Positions 1 to 8,376 of a stretch of DNA of 25,668 bases are shown here, one piece after another (within the stretch, counting starts at the first letter, position 1; each line of letters starts with the position of its first letter). The stretch lies in the NCBI GenBank assembly GCA_019894975.1, contig JAGXNO010000047.1, forward strand, positions 1-25,668, read 5' to 3'. Under the pieces are notes generated by a model. The model saw nothing but the letters and a program-made list of their open reading frames with translations. It made no database searches and was not told the origin of the DNA. The stretch is from Promethearchaeota archaeon (GTDB lineage Archaea > Asgardarchaeota > Lokiarchaeia > Sigyniarchaeales > SOKP01). The position numbers and the translations under genes were made by a program.

Positions 1-672
1 GATCTACACAATCCAGATGGAGTTCCTCTTTCTGGTATATTTTATGGAGGAAGGGATAGTGATACAATGCCGCCTGTGCTCGAGAGCTTAAATTGGGAAC
101 ATGGGGTGGCCCTAGGGGCTTCGATTGAATCAGAGACTACCTCTGCAACATTAGGTGCAGAAGGTGTGAGAACACAGCAACCAATGGCTAATTTAGATTT
201 TATTGTAGTCAGTTTGGGAAAATATCTCAAAAATCATTATGAGTTTGGTAAGAGGTTAAAACATTGTCCGAAAGTATTTGCTACTAATTATTTTCTGAAG
301 AACAAAGATGGAAAGTATTTGAATGGGATTTTAGATAAGCTTTGTTGGGTAATATGGGCAGAAGGCCGAGTTCAAAATGATTACAAGGCTATTGAAACAC
401 CAATAGGATTTATACCTTTATATTCGGACTTAAAATCATTATTTAAAAAGTATCTCGAAAAAGATTATACAGAGGCAGAATATATCGAACAATTCTCTAT
501 TCGGACTAAAAAGATTTTAGAAAAAATAGATCGTATTGAATCCTTCTATAAGAAAGAAAAAGACATACCTGAATTCTTTTGGAATATGCTTAATAGTCAA
601 AAAGAAACTTTAATACGTCTAAAAGATGAATATGAGAAAGATATAATTTCACCTTTATTATTTGAAAGATAA
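1..672 (+). CDS. pckG: GTP-dependent phosphoenolpyruvate carboxykinase, C-terminal part (5' truncated by window edge)
   Basis: Frame is open from base 1: DLHNPDGVPLSGIFYGGRDSDTMPPV, then WEHGVALGASIESETTSA, PMANLDF, PKVFATNYFLK, ETPIGFIP, all characteristic of archaeal-type PEPCK(GTP). The ATG at 67 is internal. Confidence 0.93.
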   Translation, partial: DLHNPDGVPLSGIFYGGRDSDTMPPVLESLNWEHGVALGASIESETTSATLGAEGVRTQQPMANLDFIVVSLGKYLKNHYEFGKRLKHCPKVFATNYFLKNKDGKYLNGILDKLCWVIWAEGRVQNDYKAIETPIGFIPLYSDLKSLFKKYLEKDYTEAEYIEQFSIRTKKILEKIDRIESFYKKEKDIPEFFWNMLNSQKETLIRLKDEYEKDIISPLLFER

Positions 673-686
673 AAACCTATAGAAAT

Positions 687-1388
687 CTAAATAGTGACTA
701 AATATTTTAGCCCTGATCTTACTTTAAAAGTCTTCTGAATCCTGTCAAGTTCAATAAATCTTTTTACTTCAAGATTATTCAAGAAATCTCGCATTTCGCC
801 AACATCCTTGTTTAGCTCTTTCCCTAATCCGGGAATATCAGTTTCGTACGTTTTTAATACTTGAATAAGAGAAGAATATTCTTCATAAATTACATTAACT
901 AGGTGTGTTACTGACTCTCTAATGTTTAATCCTGTTGTTGTACTTGATGGAAAGATTTTACTATTTTCCGGTAAATAATTTTGGGAGCGAATTATTTCTG
1001 GAGGACGAGCACCCTCAATATCCTGCTTATTAGCTAGAAAAACTACTGGAGTATTCGAGGGTAATGATTTCCTAATAGAATTCAGTATTACAATTGCACT
1101 ATCATCCTTTTCAGGAGCTGCAGCATCAAAAATAAAAATGATACCGTCGCTCCCCTGGGTTACTATACTTCTCATGACCGAAAATCTAAGAAGTCCTGGA
1201 GTACCAAACAGATAACAATCAAAACCATTTAATTTTATTGACCCTAAATCCATCCCAACTGTATAATGTTTATTATCTTTTCCTTTCGCTTCTACATTCA
1301 GGGCATTCTGATCTAAGGCTTTTATGTAACATGATTTACCCGATTGTAATGGACCAGATACCAGAATTTTAATTATCGTTTCACCAAT
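687..1388 (-). CDS. Small GTPase (ATP_bind_1/CvnD/MglA-related) with C-terminal winged-helix-like extension; probable non-canonical ATT start at 1388
   Basis: The frame extends 45 codons upstream of the ATG at 1253 (IGETIIKILVSGPLQSGKSCYIKALDQNALNVEAKGKDNKHYTVG) to an in-frame TAA at 1392-1394. G1 GPLQSGKS, G2 region TVGMDLG, G3 FGTPGLLRF, G4 NKQD. Confidence 0.88.
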   Translation of the reverse strand: MGETIIKILVSGPLQSGKSCYIKALDQNALNVEAKGKDNKHYTVGMDLGSIKLNGFDCYLFGTPGLLRFSVMRSIVTQGSDGIIFIFDAAAPEKDDSAIVILNSIRKSLPSNTPVVFLANKQDIEGARPPEIIRSQNYLPENSKIFPSSTTTGLNIRESVTHLVNVIYEEYSSLIQVLKTYETDIPGLGKELNKDVGEMRDFLNNLEVKRFIELDRIQKTFKVRSGLKYLVTI

Positions 1389-1434
1389 TTTTTAGTAACG
1401 CAAGTGTAACTTAGATTTTACATTTTTATTTAGC

Positions 1435-1442
1435 TATTTAAA
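1435..1442 (-). promoter_or_regulatory. Putative TATA box (TTTAAATA) for the GTPase gene
   Basis: Exact archaeal TATA consensus ending 46 nt upstream of the ATT at 1388, the same spacing seen for several other genes in the window. Confidence 0.5.
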
Positions 1443-1599
1443 AGGATAATATATTTGGATAATATATTTCATTTTTTATTAAATAGTTAATTTGTGAATT
1501 AAATAATATTATCTTGGCTTTCATTTCAAGTTTTCGTCTCAAATTAAGAAAAAGAAGTAATGGTATTTATAAAACAAGCTTATTGTACCTTCAAAGTAG

Positions 1600-2730
1600 T
1601 CATTGAACTTCAAAACTTTCAGCTCTTTTTGACTTTCTTTCACTGAAACTAATAATCTGTGCTAACATTTTTGATTTTTCTACAGAACCATTTAAATCGT
1701 TTGGTTCAATGATATACCCCTTATTTTGAGCAAGATTATATATTTTTTCTCCTGTTTTGGTTCTTACCATAACAGTGGTATATCCGGTTTGAGAACCCAA
1801 TCCTCCGAAAGAAATATCCGAAAAATAATTTGAAAAGTTTTCACACACTCTACATGCATGTCTCATAATATCCTTAAGATCGGAGAATTCTATCTTAAGA
1901 GGATTATCATTAGTTTTGAGTTTTATGATCAAATCTTCTTTTATATTTATTTTTTCAATATCATTAAAAGAAAATTTGAATCTCTCTTCTATTCTTGCTC
2001 GAGCAATGTTATCAAATTTAAAATTCTCATAACAAAATAAACCTAAAGTATACTTTACAATATGAGCCGGAATAATATTGAGCTCTTGCATTTTTCTAAT
2101 AGAGTGGATCTGACAAGGAACTCCAACTACAGCAACTTTCATGGAATCAGAGTATTTAATCTTTTTTAATTCAGAAATCGTTGAAACGAAAGTATTATAG
2201 TTCCCTAATTCCGGAACAGGGCCTTTCAAGTCATAATAAGTCCCTGCTGCTTCAAGAATTTCTTCTTTACTTGTAGCAAAAAAAGGTACCCTCTGAAATG
2301 AATTAATTCTTTTTGAAATAAGTGCTCCATTTATTAAATTATCTTCTAAAAGTGCTATTAAAATAGCGGTAACAACACCTCCATCAGTAGCAACTTCCCT
2401 AATTCTAGGATCTTTCGCTTGAGCTGTTACAATCTTTAACCAATTTCCAATGGGTGCTCTAAAATCATATTTCTTATTTAGTTCTTTATCCAATTCAAAT
2501 GTTTCAGGGCAAATTAAGTAGCATATTCCACAATGCAAACAATTATCTTTATTCGCATAATGAGGAGGTCCATCCTCAGTCATTTCAATTGCCCCTATTT
2601 CTGCCGCGCTACAAAAACTTACACAACCCCCGCATTCTCCACATATATCTTTTTCATGGACATCTTTAATGAGGTCTTCAAAAGATTTAGGTTTGACTTC
2701 GCTTCTTTTTGCAGTAGGTTCTTCGGCCAT
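1600..2730 (-). CDS. Coenzyme F420 hydrogenase/dehydrogenase beta-subunit family protein with N-terminal 2x[4Fe-4S] ferredoxin (FpoF/FqoF-like architecture)
   Basis: CGECGGCVSFC and CLHCGICYLICP ferredoxin motifs, then FrhB motifs DGGVVTA, VGVPCQI, LGLFC, CRVC, SDISFGGLGS, GYTTVMVRT. Confidence 0.92.
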   Translation of the reverse strand: MAEEPTAKRSEVKPKSFEDLIKDVHEKDICGECGGCVSFCSAAEIGAIEMTEDGPPHYANKDNCLHCGICYLICPETFELDKELNKKYDFRAPIGNWLKIVTAQAKDPRIREVATDGGVVTAILIALLEDNLINGALISKRINSFQRVPFFATSKEEILEAAGTYYDLKGPVPELGNYNTFVSTISELKKIKYSDSMKVAVVGVPCQIHSIRKMQELNIIPAHIVKYTLGLFCYENFKFDNIARARIEERFKFSFNDIEKINIKEDLIIKLKTNDNPLKIEFSDLKDIMRHACRVCENFSNYFSDISFGGLGSQTGYTTVMVRTKTGEKIYNLAQNKGYIIEPNDLNGSVEKSKMLAQIISFSERKSKRAESFEVQ

Positions 2731-3237
2731 AAAAATATACCTTACTCATTTTTTCAAATGTTAGTTAATAATTCTATATTGTTTTCTAATATTATAATTG
2801 TTATCATAAAAAACAGATAAAATGACTTAAATCACATATTTCTTACCATAATAGTATAGGATTCTGAATTTAATTTCCTAATTTAATAATAATATCAAAA
2901 GAATTTTACCCTTTAAAAAAGATTACCTTTAAAGCATTTTGAACCTATATCCAAAAGAGACCAATAAAAAAGTTAAAGAATGTATAAAATTGTACATTAT
3001 TCGTAATTTTTTTCAGAAATCGTAAATAAAAATGTCAAATAATTTAAGATAATTACATAAATTCGAAATTCTGAAATATCTTTAAATATTAAGCTCGATC
3101 TTAATTATATTGTTGAAAAAAATTATTGTAATCCTTAATAATATAAGAAATAGCTTATTAAAAAGATCAATATTTATAAAATAGGAAAAATTGAATCTAA
3201 AACATAATACCTTAACAAGCTTATGGTTTGAAAAATT
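2731..3237. promoter_or_regulatory. Divergent AT-rich promoter region shared by the FrhB-like gene and the hdr-met operon
   Basis: About 500 nt non-coding between divergent starts. TATA-like TTTAAATA at 3081-3088 (preceded by purine-rich GAAATATC) and TTTATAAA at 3173-3180. Confidence 0.6.
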
Positions 3238-3744
3238 ATGCAAATGATTGATTTTGAATTTCGAAATGATCTTATAAAGGAAGATTTCTCTCTAAATTAT
3301 TGTTATCAATGTGGAACGTGTTCTAGCACCTGTCCTGTGGCTCTTATCACTGAAGGTGAATTTAATCCTAGAAAAATTATCGAACAATCACTTTTAGGGC
3401 TTAAAGACCTCTTATTAAAGGATCAAAATCCGAATGTATGGTTATGTAGTACATGTCAGATGTGTGTAGAGGAATGCCCCCAAAATGTTTTATTAACTGA
3501 AATTTTTGAGAAAATTAAAAATAAAATAATATCCCAAGGAGAATCTTACCCTGAGAGTTTTAAAGTGCAAGCTAAGAGTGTAATAGAAAATGGGGTGGCA
3601 ATTCCACTAACACCTCCAATCATTCGTAGAAGAGATCAATTGGGACTTCCAAAAGTAGAATCTGCTAGTACGGATGAGATAAAGAAATTACTAGATGCCA
3701 CTGGGTTTGAAAAAAAAATAAAAATATTAAAGGAGGAGAAATAA
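3238..3744 (+). CDS. hdrC: Heterodisulfide reductase subunit C
   Basis: CYQCGTCSSTCP ... FNPRKII ... WLCSTCQMCVEECP, C-terminal RRDQLGLP; directly upstream of hdrB. Confidence 0.95.
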   Translation: MQMIDFEFRNDLIKEDFSLNYCYQCGTCSSTCPVALITEGEFNPRKIIEQSLLGLKDLLLKDQNPNVWLCSTCQMCVEECPQNVLLTEIFEKIKNKIISQGESYPESFKVQAKSVIENGVAIPLTPPIIRRRDQLGLPKVESASTDEIKKLLDATGFEKKIKILKEEK

Positions 3745-3745
3745 A

Positions 3746-4621
3746 ATGACATATAATTTCTTCCTCGGCTGTGTAATTCCTGGAAGGTTGCCATTTTTAG
3801 AAGCCTCAGCTCGAAAAACTTTTGAAAAAATTGGTGTAAAAGTGGGGGATCAGGCTAAATGTTCATGTTGTCCAGATCCTACTGGTGTTGCTCAAATGGA
3901 TCATGAAACTTTCTTAGCTTTAGGTGCAAGAAATCTATGCCTTTATGAAGAAAGTAACAATCATATTTTGAGTCTTTGTTCTGGATGCACTGAATCTCTC
4001 AAAACAGTTAAACATATTTTAGATAATGATGATGAGATGAAAAAAGAAATTAATCTAAAGCTCAAGGTAATAGGAAAATCTTATGAAGGTACTAGTGATA
4101 TAAAACATTTTGCTGAAGTATTATATGAAAATATTGAAAAAATAAAAGGAATGGTTAAAAATCCATTAAAAAATTTAAAAATTGCAGGTCATCCTGGATG
4201 CCATTATTTACGTCCCTCTGAAATAATAAATTGGGATGATCCCCTCAATCCTAAAACACTAGATGAATTAATTGAAGCAATTGGAGCAGATCCCGTTGAT
4301 TATGAAATGAAGAACGATTGTTGTGGGAATCCATTAGAAAAATCTGATAAGGATATATCATTAAGCATGTTAGAGGCCAAACTAAGAAGCATGAAAGAAT
4401 CGGGGACAGATTGTATCGTTTGTGTTTGCCCTGCCTGTTATCAACAATTTGATTTCAATCAGAGAGAAATAAATAAAATTCATAATACAGAGTATAATTT
4501 TCCTGTTTTTTATATAACCGAATTAATTGCCTTAGCTCTAGGATTAAATAAAGAGGATCTCGGATTAAACTTCCATAGGATTAAGGTGAATGATATTTTA
4601 CAGAATGTAATAAAGGTATAG
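3746..4621 (+). CDS. hdrB: Heterodisulfide reductase subunit B
   Basis: Two CCG-type domains: FLGC / CCPDP / LCSGC and HPGCH / CCGNP / VCPACYQQFD; SD-like AGGAGG upstream. Confidence 0.95.
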   Translation: MTYNFFLGCVIPGRLPFLEASARKTFEKIGVKVGDQAKCSCCPDPTGVAQMDHETFLALGARNLCLYEESNNHILSLCSGCTESLKTVKHILDNDDEMKKEINLKLKVIGKSYEGTSDIKHFAEVLYENIEKIKGMVKNPLKNLKIAGHPGCHYLRPSEIINWDDPLNPKTLDELIEAIGADPVDYEMKNDCCGNPLEKSDKDISLSMLEAKLRSMKESGTDCIVCVCPACYQQFDFNQREINKIHNTEYNFPVFYITELIALALGLNKEDLGLNFHRIKVNDILQNVIKV

Positions 4622-4634
4622 GAGACGATGTATT

Positions 4635-5930
4635 TTGGGTCAAAATATAAAAAAAGTTATGATTATTGGTGGAGGTATTGCAGGAATTCAAGCCTCCTTA
4701 GATTTAGCTGAAAGAGGTATAGAAGTAGAACTAATTGAAAAAAATTCCTGTATTGGTGGTCGGATGGCTCAACTAGATAAAACATTTCCTACTAATGACT
4801 GTTCTATATGTATTTTAGCTCCTAAGCTCTCAGAATGTTCTCGGCATCCAAATATTACTTTACACACACTCTCAGAAGTAAAAAAATTGTCAGGTCAACC
4901 AGGAAATTTCAAAGTGAAAATTTACAAGAAAGCAAGATATGTAAAAGAAGATGAATGCATTAATTGTGGACAATGTGTAGAAAAATGCCCAATGAGAGTA
5001 GACGACGAATTTGATATGAAATTAAGGAAGCGTAGAGCAATCTATATTGATTATGTTCAAGGAGTGCCCTCAATAATGAGGATTGATAAAGAAAACTGTT
5101 TACTTTTCACCAAAGATTCTTGCAGGATCTGTGAAAAAGTATGTGAGAGAGAAGCAATTGATTTCGACCAAAAAGATGAAGAATTTGAATTAAACGTAGG
5201 ATCAATTATCGTAGCGACGGGATATGATATATTTGATCCTAGCTCACTTACAACTTTAGGATATGGACGATATCCCAATGTTGTTACTGCTTTAGAATTT
5301 GAAAGACTGATTTGTGCTTCTGGACCTTTGGGTGGACATCTAGAGAGACCCTCAGACAAAAAGGACCCTAAAAAACTTGCATTTGTTAATTGTGTAGGTT
5401 CAAGGGATGTAAAAAACAATCCATTTTGTTCATCTTGTTGCTGTATGTATACCACTAAAGAAGCAATGATTGCTTACGAGCATGATAATGAAATTGAGAC
5501 TTCAATATTTTATATCGATCTAAGAGCGGCTGGAAAAGGTTTTCGAGAATATATTCAGAGAGGAAGAGATGAATATTCAATTAAGTACATAAAAGGAAAG
5601 GTAGCAAAGATATTAGAAGATGATCAAAAAAATCCATTAATCGTATATGAGGATATTGATACTTTGCAAGTTAAACAAATTAAATTTGACCTTGTAATTT
5701 TAGCTACTACTATGATACCTAAAAAAGGTGCTGAAGAACTAGCCCAAACTTTAGGAATCAAAATGAATGATTTTAACTTTTACAAAGCAAATAGCTACCA
5801 ACCACAAAAATCCTCTAAAGAAGGAATTTTTCTCTGTGGTGCTTGTAGAGAACCTATGGATATTCCAAATTCTGTAATTGATGCAAGTGGGGCAGCTGCT
5901 AAAGCTGCTGAAATAATAATGAGGGGATGA
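4635..5930 (+). CDS. hdrA: HdrA-like flavoprotein, 'half A' (FAD domain + inserted 2x[4Fe-4S]; lacks N-terminal domain and C-terminal ferredoxin); TTG start
   Basis: [55 protein letters not shown]...CSSCCCMYTTK; AGGAG 10 nt before the TTG. Confidence 0.92.
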   Translation: MGQNIKKVMIIGGGIAGIQASLDLAERGIEVELIEKNSCIGGRMAQLDKTFPTNDCSICILAPKLSECSRHPNITLHTLSEVKKLSGQPGNFKVKIYKKARYVKEDECINCGQCVEKCPMRVDDEFDMKLRKRRAIYIDYVQGVPSIMRIDKENCLLFTKDSCRICEKVCEREAIDFDQKDEEFELNVGSIIVATGYDIFDPSSLTTLGYGRYPNVVTALEFERLICASGPLGGHLERPSDKKDPKKLAFVNCVGSRDVKNNPFCSSCCCMYTTKEAMIAYEHDNEIETSIFYIDLRAAGKGFREYIQRGRDEYSIKYIKGKVAKILEDDQKNPLIVYEDIDTLQVKQIKFDLVILATTMIPKKGAEELAQTLGIKMNDFNFYKANSYQPQKSSKEGIFLCGACREPMDIPNSVIDASGAAAKAAEIIMRG

Positions 5931-5935
5931 AAAAG

Positions 5936-7603
5936 ATGTCTGAAGAAGAAACTAGAATTGGTGTTTTTATTTGTCATTGTGGTACTAATATCGGTGGTGT
6001 TTTGGATATTCCTGAGTTAGAGAAATATGCCAAAACTTTACCAAATGTCGTATATAGCGGCGCTAACTTATATACATGTTCGGAAGTTGGATTAACTGAA
6101 ATCAGAGATAATATTAAGGAACATAATTTAAATCGAGTCATTGTAGCATCATGTTCTCCTCGAACTCATGAACCGTTATTTAGATCAACTTGTCAAGAAG
6201 TAGGTTTAAATCCCTATTTATTTGAAATGGTAAACATTAGAGACCAAGATTCTTGGGTTCATATGAAAGAACCTGAAAAAGGCACCGAAAAGGCTAAAGA
6301 TCTTATTAGAATGGGTGTTTATAAGGCTGCTTTATTAGAATCATTAGAAAAAATAAAGGTTGGAGTGACGCCTTCTGCTATTGTAATCGGTGGAGGGATT
6401 GCAGGGATGAATGCTGCATTAAATTTAGCAAATCAAAATTTTAAAGTAAGTTTAATAGAAAAGGAATCGGAGTTAGGTGGATTGCTCCGACAACTAAATA
6501 AAGTTTATCCTACCAATGAAGATGCTTCAAATTTATTAGAAACAAGAGAATTGGTAGAAAATCACAAAAAAATAGATATTTATAAGTCAGCTCTAATAGA
6601 AAAAATTGAAGGATACGTAGGGAACTTTAATGTAATTGTTCTCCAAGATAAAAAAAGAAATGAAATCAAAGTGGGTGCTATAATAGTTGCTACAGGTGCG
6701 AATGCTTTATCTCCAGAAGGATATTACAATTATAATGGAAAAACCATCATTAGTCAATTAGAGTTAGAGGGATTATTAAAAGATAATACAATTAATGCAC
6801 ACAATATTACGATGATCCAATGCGTTGGTTGCAGAAATGAGGAAAGAAAATATTGTTCAAATATATGTTGTATGACTGCCCTTAAAAATGCAATCCTGAT
6901 TAAAGAGCAAAAACCAGACACTAATATTACTATAATTTTTAGAGATATCCAAACTCAAGGTGTTACTTATGAAGAATATTATAGAAGAGCAAGAGAAATG
7001 GGAATAATATTTATAAAATATTTGCCAGAGAAACCTCCAATTATTAAGAAAAATCATATTGAAGTTTATAATGATTTTTTGAATCAAGTTATTGGATTTC
7101 CCTATGATCTTGTGGTATTATCTATGCCACTTATTGCTAATGAAGATTCAGAGCAATTAGCAAAATTATTGAAAGTTCCATTAGAGAAAAATGGTTTCTT
7201 TTTAGAAGCTCATGTGAAGTTAAGACCTGTAGATTTTGCTACAGATGGTGTATTTGTATGTGGCTCAGCTCATTGGCCCGCAGATATTGCAGAAAGTATA
7301 TCACAATCAAATGCAGCAGCTTCGAGAGCTAGTACGATAATCTCAAAAGAAATGATAGAAGTAGAAGGTTCTACCGCCGAAGTTAATGAAAATTTATGTG
7401 TGGGATGTGAAGCTTGTATTAAGATCTGTCCCTATAGTGCAATATCTAAAGATGAGGATACCGATACTGTTATAGTTAATAAAGTTGTTTGTAAAGGATG
7501 TGGAGTATGTGGTGCTAGTTGTCCGCACAATGCAATTATTATACACCACTTTACTAACGATCAGATACTAGCTGAAATTGCAACTTATGGAGGTGGGGAA
7601 TAA
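5936..7603 (+). CDS. hdrA: HdrA-like flavoprotein, 'half B' (N-terminal HdrA domain + FAD domain + C-terminal ferredoxin; lacks inserted ferredoxin)
   Basis: [86 protein letters not shown]. Start is either 5927 (ATGA overlap) or 5936 (GAGGGG 9 nt upstream, preferred). Confidence 0.92.
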   Translation: MSEEETRIGVFICHCGTNIGGVLDIPELEKYAKTLPNVVYSGANLYTCSEVGLTEIRDNIKEHNLNRVIVASCSPRTHEPLFRSTCQEVGLNPYLFEMVNIRDQDSWVHMKEPEKGTEKAKDLIRMGVYKAALLESLEKIKVGVTPSAIVIGGGIAGMNAALNLANQNFKVSLIEKESELGGLLRQLNKVYPTNEDASNLLETRELVENHKKIDIYKSALIEKIEGYVGNFNVIVLQDKKRNEIKVGAIIVATGANALSPEGYYNYNGKTIISQLELEGLLKDNTINAHNITMIQCVGCRNEERKYCSNICCMTALKNAILIKEQKPDTNITIIFRDIQTQGVTYEEYYRRAREMGIIFIKYLPEKPPIIKKNHIEVYNDFLNQVIGFPYDLVVLSMPLIANEDSEQLAKLLKVPLEKNGFFLEAHVKLRPVDFATDGVFVCGSAHWPADIAESISQSNAAASRASTIISKEMIEVEGSTAEVNENLCVGCEACIKICPYSAISKDEDTDTVIVNKVVCKGCGVCGASCPHNAIIIHHFTNDQILAEIATYGGGE

Positions 7604-8374
7604 ATGGTATTTGAACCAAAAATTTTAGGATTCTTATGTAATTGGTGCTCCTATGCAGGAGCAGACTTAGCAGGAACAAGTCGAATCCAGTATCCAACTA
7701 ATGTAAGAGTTATTCGTGTTATGTGTTCTGGAAGAGTTGATCCTGTATTTATAGCTGAAGCTTTCATGAATGGTATTGATGGAGTACTTATTTTAGGATG
7801 CCATTTAGGAGATTGTCATTATATTAGCGGTAATTATGAAGCAGAATTGAAAATGAAGATGTTAAGCAAGGCATTATCAACCATAGATTTTGCTGAACGA
7901 ATTCGCCTTGATTGGGTTTCTGCTGCTGAAGGAGCTAGATTTGCTCAAATAGTGGGTGATTTTACAGAACATATCCGCAAATTGGGACCTTCTCCCGTAA
8001 AAAATAAAAAAGTAAAAGACCTAATAATTGATAATCTTAATGCTGTTAAATTTACTTTAAGCGATAAAAGATTAAGAGCTTTAGTTGCGAGGCAAAGGGA
8101 GCTAACAACAGAGGGGAATGTATATGGGGAAATAATACCAACTGAAGAATTTGAGGAAATACTTGATAATGCTATTGAAAATGAGACAATTCGTCACAAA
8201 ATATTAGAAAAAATTAAAAAAGAAGGTAAATCCGTTCCTGATATTGCAAAGGAGATTGAAATAGAACCTTATAAGGTGTTACGACATATTGTGACTCTTC
8301 GAGCTCGAGGTTTGGTTGATGTTGACAAAATAAATGAAGAAATTCCCACTTTTATTTCTATTAAAGAGGTTTAG
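7604..8374 (+). CDS. mvhD: MvhD [2Fe-2S] subunit with ~120-aa C-terminal extension ending in a winged HTH-like domain
   Basis: [41 protein letters not shown]; tail [42 protein letters not shown]; SD GGAGGTGG. Confidence 0.93.
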   Translation: MVFEPKILGFLCNWCSYAGADLAGTSRIQYPTNVRVIRVMCSGRVDPVFIAEAFMNGIDGVLILGCHLGDCHYISGNYEAELKMKMLSKALSTIDFAERIRLDWVSAAEGARFAQIVGDFTEHIRKLGPSPVKNKKVKDLIIDNLNAVKFTLSDKRLRALVARQRELTTEGNVYGEIIPTEEFEEILDNAIENETIRHKILEKIKKEGKSVPDIAKEIEIEPYKVLRHIVTLRARGLVDVDKINEEIPTFISIKEV

Positions 8375-8376
8375 AT

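Noticed and set aside
3001-3011. TCGTAATTTTT in the divergent promoter, also present inverted near 14202-14212, as a possible Lrp site
   Set aside because: Only two low-complexity matches in AT-rich DNA, and the second lies between convergent genes.
5921-5940. Readthrough or programmed frameshift joining HdrA half A and half B
   Set aside because: The next ORF is in another frame, TGA readthrough gives non-homologous sequence, the linker present in the fused paralog is missing, and there is a good SD for independent initiation.
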